Source: Candidatus Micrarchaeota archaeon (GTDB taxonomy: Archaea > Micrarchaeota > Micrarchaeia > Norongarragalinales > SBBD01). From it: 64,000 nt of DNA. The position numbers and the translations under genes were made by a program. The notes below the pieces were generated by a model, which saw nothing but the letters and a program-made list of their open reading frames with translations, was not told where the DNA came from and did not search any database. The DNA is taken from contig JAHJQN010000007.1 in the NCBI GenBank assembly GCA_018819225.1, forward strand, positions 96,001 through 160,000, given 5' to 3'. Shown piece after piece: positions 29,070 through 39,671 of this stretch. The first letter of the stretch is position 1, and every line of letters begins with the position of its first letter.

Positions 29070-30040
29070 CGGTATTGAAGCGTTAAGCGTTCTTTCTGCA
29101 ATTCGCTCACAAACGTTTTCGCGAATCCCGTTCCGAATCCTGCAGACGTTCCGGATAGCCACTCCAACAACCCGCCTTGCGCCTTGAATTCGCAGAACGA
29201 AATCCCGTTCTCGCTATCCATTTCCGCCAGCTCCGCGGCTTTCTTTTCGGCTCGTGCCCTTCCCCCGATTTCATCCACCATACCGATACGCAACGCCTGC
29301 TTTGCCGTTAATATGCGCGCATCCAACACGTCCTCGTATCCCTCCGGATTCAGACGCTCACCGCGCGCGTTTCGCACGTCCTCCGCAAAATTATTGGCGG
29401 TTTCCCCGATGAGTTCTTCCATTAACGCTCTCTCCTCTTCCGTCATCTCACGATAACCCGCGCCAATGTCCTTCTTTTCACCGCTTTGAATGCTTTCCTG
29501 TTTCAACCCGATTTTCTCGAATAATTGCTCGTAGTTCAATAAGGTTGCGCGCGCTCCAATGGAGCCCGTAATCGTGTTCGGGTTCGCAATAATCGTGTGC
29601 GCCGGACTCGCCACATAATAGCCTCCGCTCGCGGCCACTTCCTTCAAGTACGCGACCACGGGCTTCTCGCTCTCCATCAACTCGTCATAAATTTCCTTGC
29701 TCGCGACCGCGCTGCCTCCTGGCGAGTTGATTTCAAACAGTATGGCGCCGACACGCGGATCCGCATTAGCGGTTTTGAATTGCTGCATAATCTCTTCCGC
29801 GGTATCCCCGCTTTCAAATAATCCGTTGCCGGGCCCGTACGTGATTTCTCCGTTCAATTGAATGCGCGCCACGCACGAGTTATCAAAACCGCCTACGCTC
29901 CCAACGATTAATCCGACGATGAAAATAGTGGCGAAGGCCACGACCGCAATAACGAGTAGCGTGCGCAAAAAGCTTTGCGGTTTAGGATTTTCCGACTTAT
30001 TCGCGTACTGTTTCAAACGAGGCGCGGACATGGAGCGCAT
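29066..30040 (-). CDS. sppA: Signal peptide peptidase SppA (S49)
   Basis: INSPGGS, AASGGYY, ITGSIG motifs. Confidence 0.94.
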   Translation of the reverse strand: MRSMSAPRLKQYANKSENPKPQSFLRTLLVIAVVAFATIFIVGLIVGSVGGFDNSCVARIQLNGEITYGPGNGLFESGDTAEEIMQQFKTANADPRVGAILFEINSPGGSAVASKEIYDELMESEKPVVAYLKEVAASGGYYVASPAHTIIANPNTITGSIGARATLLNYEQLFEKIGLKQESIQSGEKKDIGAGYREMTEEERALMEELIGETANNFAEDVRNARGERLNPEGYEDVLDARILTAKQALRIGMVDEIGGRARAEKKAAELAEMDSENGISFCEFKAQGGLLEWLSGTSAGFGTGFAKTFVSELQKERLTLQYR

Positions 30041-30082
30041 TAGTGACTACCCATTATTATGTCTGTTGGTCTCCGCTTGAAC

Positions 30083-30487
30083 TTATCGGCGCTTCTTTAG
30101 TCGCGTGACGCGTTCGAGGAGTTTGCGGTGATGCTTGGTCACGCGTTCGTCGTATTCCTCGACAGGGAAAACAATTTTTCCGCTTTGGTATATGATGAGT
30201 GCGACGGTCGCGAGTCCCAACCAGAACACGAAGCCCGCCAGCGGGCCCATCATGACCCCGATGACATCCTCGTTACCAAATTCAAACGGAGCGGAAATCG
30301 CCCATCCGAACAACTGCGGGATCAAATTGGGATTCAATTGAGCGTAAACGATTTTGTTTGCGACGACGAAAATGCTGTACGAGGCTTCGGCGACCTTGAG
30401 CAAGGAGGCTGCAATGAGGAACGCGCCCGCGAGTTTCAGCAAGTGAACGCGCTGGCCGCCAATCTTGAACCACAGGATTCGGTACAT
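30083..30487 (-). CDS. Hypothetical membrane protein
   Basis: ORF with hydrophobic segments; GGTGAG RBS. Confidence 0.65.
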   Translation of the reverse strand: MYRILWFKIGGQRVHLLKLAGAFLIAASLLKVAEASYSIFVVANKIVYAQLNPNLIPQLFGWAISAPFEFGNEDVIGVMMGPLAGFVFWLGLATVALIIYQSGKIVFPVEEYDERVTKHHRKLLERVTRLKKRR

Positions 30488-30594
30488 AGGGGGATCTCAC
30501 CGATTGCATTACTCGAGGTCCGTATATAAAGATTACGATTTTCCCCATCTCTCTTGTTTGAAACCTTTTAATATCCCGTATCCGAAACGTTAAC

Positions 30595-33500
30595 ATGCGC
30601 TGGATCATTCGAAAGTCCGTGTGGCGTCCCATCCTCTTGCTTCTCCTATTTTTATTCAGCGCAGTCGTTATTGTTCAAGCGGAGTGGACGCATCGGTTGT
30701 CGGATGAGACCCGCGATCTTTCCATACCCGTTAGCAGCGCTATTGACATCAACAGCGAGCGCTGGCTGCGCGACGTCTACAGACCGTACACGCTCGTGGA
30801 ACGCGGCGACTACTTTTACGGAAGTGGACGTCCATGCCCCGGGGGAGGGGTTTGCCACACTTATTTCACGAAACACGATAAAGCGTGCGGAAACATTGTC
30901 TGGGGTTCGAATCCGGGCAATGCGCTCTACAACGTCGTTTCTCACAGCTACGACGTCGTCGCTCTTGGAAACCGCGTCTACAGTGTTTTGGGCGGTCAAT
31001 ATCCGAGCATCTATTACCTTGTCGAAATGGATGAAAGCAACGGCAACTTGATAGCGAATTACGAATTGGATAACATCGTGAATTACGCGGGAGTCTATCG
31101 GCTCGTGACCGACGGAACGCGCGTCTACGCCTTTACGAGTTCGGGTTCCGGGCGTGTCCGCGTGAAAGCCTTCAACCATAACACGAAAACGTTTGATTGG
31201 ACCATTGACTTTAACATTGATGATGTGAACAAGGGCGAGGTCAATTCCCAACCCGCCATCTTCCAAAACCAGCTCGTTTTCGTCGTGGATCACCATGAAG
31301 GCGGCGTAAACACTCATCACGGTCCCGCCACGTTATATTCCTTCAATAAAGATACGGGCGCTCCGCTCTGGAGCCAAGTCCTTCACAATTCGGCGGAAAA
31401 CGCGGCAACCGTTCAAATCGTTGTTCACAATAACAAAATCTTTTTGGATCGAAGACGTTCAGGTTATTGGGACAAGCTTTCCTCTTACAATCCCTTGAAC
31501 AACGGCGCATTGCTTTGGGGACCGTTCGACGATCTCGGAACGAATCTTGCCGCTTACAATAACCTATTGTATGCTCGGATTCCCGGAGCCCAAGGCGTTC
31601 GGGCATTGAACGCGAACACGGGTAGCGTCATTTGGACGAATTCAGGTACCGACTGCGACTGGGGCCTGGTCTATTTGGCTGGTCCCAACGAACTGATTTG
31701 CATGCACCGGCATACCGCTACCTCGGTGTACTTGATTCGCGTGGACGCCAGCGACGGCGACGCCATCGACACGACGGGTTTGATTCAATATAGCTCCAGC
31801 ACTTTTGTTAGCAATGAATTGTTTGTGTTTTCCCCTGCAGACCCCTTCTTGCTTTTCCATTATCAGAACGGATTGGGTTCCGTTGGCGGTTCAACGCCTG
31901 ACATCACCAGCATCTCGGTCAGCCCGCCATCCGCAACGGTTCCCGTATTCGGCACGCGCCAGTTTACGGCGACGTGCGTGACCGAATGCGGTGATACTAT
32001 TGAATGTCCTGCTCTCACATGGACCTCCACGATCGGATCCGTTGACAATACGGGGTTGTTTACAGCTGGTGCGACCACTGGAGTCGGCGTAGTACGCGCG
32101 TCTTACGGCGGCGTATTCGACGAAGCGGATATTACGGTTGTCGGATTACCGGTTTGCAGCGTTTGCACCGTAAACGGTAATTGCGCGTCCGGTTACTGCC
32201 GGGAGACGTTTGAAGGCGGAGTGAAACGATGTGCTCCGGATGCCACGAGTTGCGTCATAGACCAAAACAACAACTGCGATTATCCCGATGGATACGAGAT
32301 GTGCTTCGGAAACGATTATTATCGGGAATGCGGCGCAAGCGGTTCCGGATTATGGGGGGCACCTAACAACTGTGATGACAGCGTGGATTACGAGGGATGC
32401 GATCCCGGTTCCGAAAACGAGGATTCTCACCCTGGCGCATCCTGCGGGTGGCGCGCACGCCCCGGAGAAACATGTACTTCTGGAATGGCGGGCGGTTGCT
32501 TCCCGGGTTCGTGGGGCTCTTGTCAAAACTGCGGCTCATTCATTTCCCAACCCTCGCACGACGCGTGCTATACCACGGGTCTTCCGTTCTGCGATGAAGG
32601 CTGCGGTGCGGAATGCGATGAAGACAGTGATTGCACCAACACCGAGCGATGTTATGCAGCCAATGATATTTACCAAACTCGCGATGCATCGTGCTCAAAT
32701 TCCTGCGCCTGTTCTTACGCGCCTTGGGAAAACGGAGCGTGTTCCGAATCCGTTGCACAATGCGGTGCGGAATGCGATGGCGATGAAGACTGCGATATTT
32801 ACGATGACCGGTGCGTTGGCCGGTACTGGCGCGATTACGAAACCTCGCAAGGCACATGCAATACCGATCCGTCCGAGTGCGCGTGTACGCCGCCCGACTA
32901 CGATCAATACTGTTGGGTCGGGCATTGCGGAGCGAACTGTGATGAAAACAGCGATTGCACGGCGTATCCCGACGGAACGTGTTCCGCTTGCGGGTGCCGC
33001 TATCCTCCTGACGCATTAGCTGTCGTGAATTCACCGGGATTCCAGGGCCTGCCGGTTCCCATTCAAGGTGATGGTTGGGCGTATGGTGCAACCGTATCTC
33101 AACTGACGTGGTCCAAGCAAAGCGGTCCAGGTGGAAGTGATTGCGTGTTCGATGCGCCGGCTCTAAATCTCGGTTCTTCCCATGCTACGGCTCACGGAAC
33201 CGTTACGTGCGATCAAGTCGGCGACTACGTGTTACGCCTGCTTGTTCGCGACAGCAATTCCCAAACGGATACCGATTCCGCCGCCCTTTCTCTTACCGAT
33301 CCCGTCGGCGTGTGGGGAACCGTGCAAATCGTTCCACCTGCCAATACCGTCTATGCAGACAACTTGATTCGCTCGCAAACCTTTGAAGCATTATGCTTCG
33401 ACAACGACGGCAACGGCATGGCGTGTCCTGCAGACCCTGTTTGGAGCTTAAGCGGGTTTGGAGCCGGAACCACGGCGTCTATTTCACCTCAAGCCAATCC

Positions 33501-34215
33501 CGTATTCGCTGATTTCTCCCATCAGAGCATTGATGTCTCAACGGCATCCGGAACCATTCGCGCCGATGTTCTCGGAGTCGTCGGATCCATGTTCGTTCCC
33601 GCGAGCAATTACTTAATATCCGTTCAACCCTCTTCCGTAGCCCTTTCTTACGGTGGAACGCAGCTCTTCACCGCTTCTTGCATTGACGGCGGCGTGCCGT
33701 TCATGTGTCCTGGCTCCATTTCCTGGAGTCTGGAGAACGGTTTGGAAGGGAGCCTGACTCCATCTGGTTTTTACACGGCCCCCTTTACCGACTCCGTAGG
33801 AAACGTGCGCGCAACTATTGGCATTCTTTATGGGGAGGCATTAGTTTCCGTGCAAGAAAATGCGCCTGCGCCACAAGAGTTTGATCTCCTGACCTTGAAT
33901 TGTCCCCGCTTGAGTTATACGGATTCATCGGAGGTGACGGTGCAATGCCTGCGGGGAGGCAAGGCATGCCAAGAAAGTGACGTGCAATTATCCGGCGCCC
34001 CCATTGTTTCGACTCAAGTGATCGGAAACGCGTTCATTTACCAGATCGAATCCGTTCAATCCGGTTCCATCCATTTACGGGTTTCAACGGACTTCCGCAC
34101 GACTTCATGCACGATTACCCGCGCCGGTATTGAGCGGGGCTCGATACCCGAAATGCATGTCCTGTTCGTGGTGCTCGTGCTCTTCTCGGCATTCTCACTC
34201 ATGCGTCGCCGCTAA
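30595..34215 (+). CDS. Large surface protein: PQQ-like beta-propeller, Ig-like domains, Cys-rich repeats, PEF-CTERM-like anchor
   Basis: Signal peptide; propeller repeats (TGAPLW, NGALLW, TGSVIW); Big_2-like segments; CGAECD.D.DC repeats; IPEM+TM+RRR tail. Confidence 0.8.
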   Translation: MRWIIRKSVWRPILLLLLFLFSAVVIVQAEWTHRLSDETRDLSIPVSSAIDINSERWLRDVYRPYTLVERGDYFYGSGRPCPGGGVCHTYFTKHDKACGNIVWGSNPGNALYNVVSHSYDVVALGNRVYSVLGGQYPSIYYLVEMDESNGNLIANYELDNIVNYAGVYRLVTDGTRVYAFTSSGSGRVRVKAFNHNTKTFDWTIDFNIDDVNKGEVNSQPAIFQNQLVFVVDHHEGGVNTHHGPATLYSFNKDTGAPLWSQVLHNSAENAATVQIVVHNNKIFLDRRRSGYWDKLSSYNPLNNGALLWGPFDDLGTNLAAYNNLLYARIPGAQGVRALNANTGSVIWTNSGTDCDWGLVYLAGPNELICMHRHTATSVYLIRVDASDGDAIDTTGLIQYSSSTFVSNELFVFSPADPFLLFHYQNGLGSVGGSTPDITSISVSPPSATVPVFGTRQFTATCVTECGDTIECPALTWTSTIGSVDNTGLFTAGATTGVGVVRASYGGVFDEADITVVGLPVCSVCTVNGNCASGYCRETFEGGVKRCAPDATSCVIDQNNNCDYPDGYEMCFGNDYYRECGASGSGLWGAPNNCDDSVDYEGCDPGSENEDSHPGASCGWRARPGETCTSGMAGGCFPGSWGSCQNCGSFISQPSHDACYTTGLPFCDEGCGAECDEDSDCTNTERCYAANDIYQTRDASCSNSCACSYAPWENGACSESVAQCGAECDGDEDCDIYDDRCVGRYWRDYETSQGTCNTDPSECACTPPDYDQYCWVGHCGANCDENSDCTAYPDGTCSACGCRYPPDALAVVNSPGFQGLPVPIQGDGWAYGATVSQLTWSKQSGPGGSDCVFDAPALNLGSSHATAHGTVTCDQVGDYVLRLLVRDSNSQTDTDSAALSLTDPVGVWGTVQIVPPANTVYADNLIRSQTFEALCFDNDGNGMACPADPVWSLSGFGAGTTASISPQANPVFADFSHQSIDVSTASGTIRADVLGVVGSMFVPASNYLISVQPSSVALSYGGTQLFTASCIDGGVPFMCPGSISWSLENGLEGSLTPSGFYTAPFTDSVGNVRATIGILYGEALVSVQENAPAPQEFDLLTLNCPRLSYTDSSEVTVQCLRGGKACQESDVQLSGAPIVSTQVIGNAFIYQIESVQSGSIHLRVSTDFRTTSCTITRAGIERGSIPEMHVLFVVLVLFSAFSLMRRR

Positions 34216-34256
34216 CCCCTCTTCTTTATAACGTGTTTTCCCTTTATTCTTCCCTT

Positions 34257-35300
34257 ATGCGCGTCTTACGTTTCGAGGAAACGGAACTCAAGGGCGATAT
34301 AGAGACCCTGGAGGATTTGTGGCTGCTTTCCCGCATCATTGAACGGGGCGATAAGCTGATCGGCACCTCGTTTCGACGCGTCAAAGCCCTGGATCTCCAG
34401 CGGGCAGACAGCGGGGAAAAGAAGCGCGTAAAACTGTTGCTTGAGATTGATCAAGTCGAGTATGCCGAGGCCTCCAATAAGTTACGCGTTACCGGAAAAA
34501 TATTGGAAGCGTCGCCTCCCGAGTTCGCGCAGCAGGGCCAGTTCCATACCCTTGATTTGGAGATTCATACTCGGTTCACGCTCATCAAGGCCTTCCAAAT
34601 CTACCATAAAAAATTACTGGAGGAAGCGAGAAAAAAAGCGCGCGCGGCAAAGGCACTCATCATTGCCATGGACGAGCATCATGCCCTATTCGCGACGCTT
34701 CAGCAGAATGGGCTTCGGTTCTTGTTCGAAATCGAGAATCAGGCGAGCAAGCGCGATGCGAAAACGTTTTCAACAATGCAACAGCAATTTTTCGAAGAGG
34801 TTCTAGAGGCCGCCAAAAAACGGAAAGCGGAGCGCATGATTATCGCGGGCCCGGGGTTCACGAAAGACGAGTTCAAACGCTTCGCGCAGAACAAGGACCC
34901 GGTCATATCCAAGACCTTTTGGTTCGAGCACGCGAGCTCTGCTGAAAAAACCGCGGTATTCGAGCTACTCAAGAAAGGTTTGCTGCAGAAAGTCGTCTCC
35001 GGCCAGAAGATTCAAGACGAATTTCTTGCCCTCGAGCGCTTGAAGAAAAGTTTGGGAACCCTTGACGGATTCGCGGTCTACGGTATCGAGCCCGTGCGCG
35101 AAGCATTATCCGCCGGCGCCGTGGATACCCTCTTGATTGCGGATTCTCTCCTGCGGTCGGACAAATCATTCAATTCGCTTCTCGAGCAGTCCGAGAAATT
35201 AGGCGCCCGCATCTTAATCTTCAATTCAGAGGACGATGCGGGAAAAGAATTTGCGGCGTTTCAGTTGGCGGCATTGCTACGCTTCAAGCTGACCTACTAG
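34257..35300 (+). CDS. pelA: Pelota (Dom34) ribosome rescue factor
   Basis: EDLWLLSRII..GD, LRVTGKI, GQFHTL, AGPGFTK, AALLRF. Confidence 0.93.
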   Translation: MRVLRFEETELKGDIETLEDLWLLSRIIERGDKLIGTSFRRVKALDLQRADSGEKKRVKLLLEIDQVEYAEASNKLRVTGKILEASPPEFAQQGQFHTLDLEIHTRFTLIKAFQIYHKKLLEEARKKARAAKALIIAMDEHHALFATLQQNGLRFLFEIENQASKRDAKTFSTMQQQFFEEVLEAAKKRKAERMIIAGPGFTKDEFKRFAQNKDPVISKTFWFEHASSAEKTAVFELLKKGLLQKVVSGQKIQDEFLALERLKKSLGTLDGFAVYGIEPVREALSAGAVDTLLIADSLLRSDKSFNSLLEQSEKLGARILIFNSEDDAGKEFAAFQLAALLRFKLTY

Positions 35301-35312
35301 CCCTCCCCCTAC

Positions 35313-35504
35313 TCACGTGTAGCTGCTCGTGGTATCTGGTTTAAGCGCGTTATACAATAACAACGCCACCACCACGAAAAACAGTCCGCCTGCCAGTTCT
35401 CCGGCGGATAACATGTACGTTCCTACTATGGCGAGGAGCACTGCAGGTGCATAATCCGCACGAAATCCCGTGTGGACGTTTTCGTACTCGTATGTTCCTA
35501 CCAT
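35313..35504 (-). CDS. Small two-TM membrane protein (63 aa)
   Basis: AAGGAGG RBS; hydrophobic hairpin. Confidence 0.6.
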   Translation of the reverse strand: MVGTYEYENVHTGFRADYAPAVLLAIVGTYMLSAGELAGGLFFVVVALLLYNALKPDTTSSYT

Positions 35505-35537
35505 TCCAACCTGCCTCCTTTGGTGCACTCGTTAAAT

Positions 35538-35690
35538 GAAACCAGGGGAGGAAGGAAATCAAAATTTTGGATATGCCTCCAATAAAGCTATTATTTCCTT
35601 GTGCCTCCCCTATTGGTTTCAACCCTTTCGGGCTTATTTGCCTTCCCATGAATAAGTACCTAAAAGAATAAAAGACTTTCGGTTTTTCCA
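35538..35690 (-). ncRNA. Structured leader candidate upstream of the small membrane protein
   Basis: 22-bp hairpin (7+7+8 bp with two 3-nt bulges) at 35538-35620 plus two GAAA-loop hairpins on the minus strand. Confidence 0.45.
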
Positions 35691-35750
35691 ACCAATACCC
35701 TAAAAAAAGAACAAATTGTTTATTAAGTAGTGGTTTAAGTGCTTATACTG

Positions 35751-36467
35751 CTAGAGTCGCTTCAAGTATTCCTGCGCTTCCTGATACAACGCAAACCGCT
35801 TTTCATCGCTCTTGAATGCCTGATGATGCACGCGTTTCCGGTTCCCGTATTCCACGTCATGCTTCGCGTGCAAGAGTTCATGAAACAACAAGTATTCAAT
35901 GAAATAGTGAGGGGTTCGTTCGTGATCAAAACGCTTGCTGACCACAATCGCATTGAACGCCGAATCATAAAACGCGAGTCTCCGCCTGCTTCGTGATCGA
36001 CTCCAGTGCACCGTCGGTTTCAATGTCCCCTGAAACGTATACGGATACATAGTCCATACGCGCTCGAGAAGCGTTTTGAGGTCCACATGCTTCCCCTTTT
36101 CATTCGCTTTCCGTTTTCTTCCCCGCGTTTTACGCAGCGAATCATGCAATCGCATCGCCTCTTTACCGTCAAACATCTCCTGATACGCATCCGCAAATGG
36201 TTGAACCGCATCCGGAAGTTTCCTTCGCGTCACTTTCGAAGTCAATTCGAGCGCTAGCCCCAAGAGGGCTTCCGGCGATGCGGCCTTGAACCCATCACTG
36301 ACTCTTGCGCTCAATATCCGGTTCCCGCGATCAATCCGAATAGTGCTCTTGAGTCCAGCGAACGGCACGAAATCCGCTTTTATGAGGTAGTTTTCCGATA
36401 GCTCAAGCAAGTGAGCCGCCGAATGGAACGCGACTAAAAGGTCTTGCGCATCCCGTTCATCCTCCAT
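35751..36467 (-). CDS. Zinc metalloprotease-like protein (SprT/YgjP-like)
   Basis: EYLLFHELLH (HExxH) and downstream HH..F motif. Confidence 0.8.
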   Translation of the reverse strand: MEDERDAQDLLVAFHSAAHLLELSENYLIKADFVPFAGLKSTIRIDRGNRILSARVSDGFKAASPEALLGLALELTSKVTRRKLPDAVQPFADAYQEMFDGKEAMRLHDSLRKTRGRKRKANEKGKHVDLKTLLERVWTMYPYTFQGTLKPTVHWSRSRSRRRLAFYDSAFNAIVVSKRFDHERTPHYFIEYLLFHELLHAKHDVEYGNRKRVHHQAFKSDEKRFALYQEAQEYLKRL

Positions 36468-36471
36468 GGGT

Positions 36472-37071
36472 TTACACCCGGTTTTCCGCCACGTACTTTT
36501 TTATGGAATCCGCCTGCTCCTGGTTCATTTTCTTCTCTTCAACCAACCCGTCTAACAAGCGAGTGAACGTCATGCACGCGTGCAGTTTCATGCCCTTTTC
36601 TCTTAATTGCGCGTCTCCCCCCTGCTCCCGGTCCAGAAACACGAGCACGTCCTCTACCACGAGCCCCGATTTCCGCAATACACCCGCGGCCTCTATTTTG
36701 CTTTTAGCCGTTGTAATCAAATCATCGATTAACACGACGCGCTCTCCTTTCAGATACGGGCCCTCGAAAGGCTTTTTCGTTCCATACTCCTTCATTTCCT
36801 TTCGCGTGTACACCATGGGTTTCGAGGACTTCAAGGATAGCGCCGTGGCGAGCGGAATACCCGCGTACGCGATTCCTGCCACGCGATCGCAACGAATGTT
36901 CTTCATTTTTTCTGCCATTCGTTCCGCGACCCCGTTCATTAAAGCGGGGTGTCCGACGACGAGCCGCAAGTCGATGTAAACAGGGGAATGCATACCGCTC
37001 TTCAACACGAAATCGCCGAACTGAATGACTCCGGCTTCAAACAATTTCACGACTAACTGGCTATCGTTCAT
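36472..37071 (-). CDS. pyrE: Orotate phosphoribosyltransferase
   Basis: [34 protein letters not shown]. Confidence 0.95.
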   Translation of the reverse strand: MNDSQLVVKLFEAGVIQFGDFVLKSGMHSPVYIDLRLVVGHPALMNGVAERMAEKMKNIRCDRVAGIAYAGIPLATALSLKSSKPMVYTRKEMKEYGTKKPFEGPYLKGERVVLIDDLITTAKSKIEAAGVLRKSGLVVEDVLVFLDREQGGDAQLREKGMKLHACMTFTRLLDGLVEEKKMNQEQADSIKKYVAENRV

Positions 37072-37595
37072 TGGGCATCCGCCAACACGCCATTAAACAT
37101 GGCTCGAATCGTCAACCGCAAGTCCGTACTGCGCATTTGATCCTCGTCGAATAAGAGGAAAACTCTATCCCGCTCCACTTTCACGCAGTTACACGGATCC
37201 AATTTGACCACGATGCGCTCGTTCTTGCAAAACGAGGTTTCTTCCACGCAGTTGATCCACGCGTCCTCATCCGGTACCCCTTCAATGTGTCCATAACTTG
37301 CAATCCGACGCTCGTTGAGCGCGAACACGCCGGCTATTTCCGAGGCCAGCACGGTCACCACGCCGTTCTGCGGATTCGTGCCCGGCGTCATCTCCATTCG
37401 CATGACGATGGGGTCGCCCGCGAATAACTCCGGCAGGACGCTTCCCGGCGGTCTCCCGCTGACGATCGTCAATCCGTTAACGTGATACTCTTTCGGGTGA
37501 AGGAACTGCACGTAAAGAAAGCTGACCACGAATGCCAAAACGATAATAATCGCTAAATACGCGTTCTCCCACTTGTTTTCTTTATCCTTGACCAT
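37068..37595 (-). CDS. Membrane-anchored hypothetical protein
   Basis: N-terminal TM, four Cys; ATGA overlap with pyrE. Confidence 0.65.
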   Translation of the reverse strand: MVKDKENKWENAYLAIIIVLAFVVSFLYVQFLHPKEYHVNGLTIVSGRPPGSVLPELFAGDPIVMRMEMTPGTNPQNGVVTVLASEIAGVFALNERRIASYGHIEGVPDEDAWINCVEETSFCKNERIVVKLDPCNCVKVERDRVFLLFDEDQMRSTDLRLTIRAMFNGVLADAQ

Positions 37596-37654
37596 CTTCA
37601 CTCGAGCAAGATAAGATAAATAAAACTTATAAACCCGGAGTCAATCACCTATTC

Positions 37655-38305
37655 GTGGATTTAAAAGAGCAGGCCGCAGCAGAAGCATTGAAGCACGTCC
37701 GAAACGGCATGATCCTCGGACTAGGGTCCGGATCCACTTCCGCAGCGTTCATACGATTACTGGGTCAACGCGTTCGCGCACGAAAACTGCATATCCAAGG
37801 CGTTCCGACTTCGAAAGCGTCGGAGAAACTCGCTAAAAAAAATGGGATTCCGTTATTGACGCTCGAGCAAGCGCGCCGTATCGATCTCGCTATTGACGGA
37901 GCCGACGCCGTTGACTCGAAACTCCGCCTCATCAAAGGCGGCGGAGGAGCGCATGCGCGCGAAAAAGTGATTGATTATGCTGCGAAACGCTTCATGGTCA
38001 TCGTGGACGAAACCAAAATGCGTTCCTCGCTGGCCGGGTGGGTTCCGTTAGAGATTCTTCCGTTTGCCCTTCCCGAAATTTCGCGCCTTTTTTCAAAGCA
38101 AGGCGTCCGATTGATAACGCGCGCAAGAAAATCGGATAACGGTAACGTGCTCGCGGACGCGTTCATTCGAAAGATCCCTAATCCGTCCGCACTTGAAATT
38201 TCGTTAAACCAGATTCCGGGCATGGTTGAAAATGGCATTTTCTCGAGAAACGTTTCTCAAGTTATTGTAGCGACCTCGACTGGAATTCGAATCCTGCGCC
38301 GGTGA
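37655..38305 (+). CDS. rpiA: Ribose-5-phosphate isomerase A
   Basis: GLGSGST, DGAD, IKGGGGAH.REK, IPGMVENGIF. Confidence 0.96.
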   Translation: MDLKEQAAAEALKHVRNGMILGLGSGSTSAAFIRLLGQRVRARKLHIQGVPTSKASEKLAKKNGIPLLTLEQARRIDLAIDGADAVDSKLRLIKGGGGAHAREKVIDYAAKRFMVIVDETKMRSSLAGWVPLEILPFALPEISRLFSKQGVRLITRARKSDNGNVLADAFIRKIPNPSALEISLNQIPGMVENGIFSRNVSQVIVATSTGIRILRR

Positions 38306-38310
38306 TACCC

Positions 38311-38481
38311 ATGGAACACTCCCAAAGCACGTTTGACACATTCATTTTGACGATTCTCGCGGTCTTTTTTCTTTTTGCCGTCTTGTTTTTAATTACGGAT
38401 GGTCGCGTTATCGAAGTCCTTGGCGAATACGCGGGCGATTTAGGCGATTTCGTTTCCGCGATCGCGGACTTCTTCACTTAA
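38311..38481 (+). CDS. 56-aa membrane protein, possibly pilin-like (absent from the ORF track)
   Basis: MEHSQSTFDTFILTILAVFFLFAVLFLITDG...; GGTGA RBS; fills the gap after rpiA. Confidence 0.55.
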   Translation: MEHSQSTFDTFILTILAVFFLFAVLFLITDGRVIEVLGEYAGDLGDFVSAIADFFT

Positions 38482-39656
38482 CCAATGATTTCGGATACCG
38501 TGCATTCGAACGGCGTGTTGTTGGCGAACGTATTGTTGGAACACGTCCCTTGATTCGTTTTGCACGTGGCTTCACAGGTTCCCGCCAGACCATTAAAGAT
38601 GGCACACGTACCTGAAGAAGATAACGAATTATTGATGAACCGACTATCGTCGACGTCCGACAAGTACATGCCATACCCCGTAATGGCCTTAGAGGCATTA
38701 TTAAAGTAGAAATGGCCTCGCGCAATGTCTTGCAGATAGATGGCCCGCGTCCCAAAAATGGAGACGTTGTTATAGGATACGTTCGCGTCGTCCGCGTCAT
38801 TCCCCCAAATTCCGTACGTTCCTTGTCCCGTAATGGAATTGAACGTGATGCTGGCGTTCGATGAATCATCTTCAAAGTATATTCCCGCTGTTGTCGCGAA
38901 TCCGTTCGTCACGTTATTTAGGGAAACGTTGATTTCTTCCGATTGCGTTATGAATATCCCGTAGGTATTCGCCAAAATCGCATTTTGGTGGATGTTCATG
39001 CGGGGTTCGTCTTCAATCCGCATGGCATACGCGTTGTCATCAAACCAGCTGTTCTCTACCGTATTGTTTTGCCCGTTCTTGAAGTACACGCCGTTTGCGA
39101 AGTTGATGATGAAACAGTTTCGTACGATGACGTTGTCGTTATTGAACGCTTCGATGCCAGTCCCTTTACCTTCTCCGACAACCCAAAATCCATTGCAATC
39201 AATCGTCGTGTTGTCCTTCACATCCTTGAGACACGAGTTCTTTTCGGTCACATTAGCCGAGAGCAGGTAGTACCCTTCATGCGATAACGTCCCGCAACCC
39301 GTGACTTCTTTTGAGCATACGGCATTGCACGAAAGGCATCCGCTCACGTCGCATCCGTTTTCACAAATATCGACTAATTCTTCTCCGCTGGGGCATGACG
39401 CATTAAATCCGCACGCGCACGGCGTAGGCACGAGGGTGGGTGTGGTTAAGTTGTATTCCAGTGACCGATCCGTGATGTTTTCAATATTCTGTATGCTTTC
39501 GTTCCCGTACGTCGCGACATTGCTCAATCCTTCCTGTAACAATTGAGAACGGGAATACGAAAACACGATGATGAGGACGAGTATCGCTCCTCCCAATAGC
39601 AGCATGAATTCCGTAGCCGTTTGCGCCTTCCGACGTTTAAAAAAAATCTTGTTCAT
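38478..39656 (-). CDS. Class III signal peptide protein with right-handed beta-helix (NosD/PbH1) domain; minor pilin/adhesin
   Basis: RRKAQTATEFMLLLGG; Asn-rich parallel beta-helix repeats. Confidence 0.8.
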   Translation of the reverse strand: MNKIFFKRRKAQTATEFMLLLGGAILVLIIVFSYSRSQLLQEGLSNVATYGNESIQNIENITDRSLEYNLTTPTLVPTPCACGFNASCPSGEELVDICENGCDVSGCLSCNAVCSKEVTGCGTLSHEGYYLLSANVTEKNSCLKDVKDNTTIDCNGFWVVGEGKGTGIEAFNNDNVIVRNCFIINFANGVYFKNGQNNTVENSWFDDNAYAMRIEDEPRMNIHQNAILANTYGIFITQSEEINVSLNNVTNGFATTAGIYFEDDSSNASITFNSITGQGTYGIWGNDADDANVSYNNVSIFGTRAIYLQDIARGHFYFNNASKAITGYGMYLSDVDDSRFINNSLSSSGTCAIFNGLAGTCEATCKTNQGTCSNNTFANNTPFECTVSEIIG

Positions 39657-39671
39657 GCGTTCCGCCGGTTG

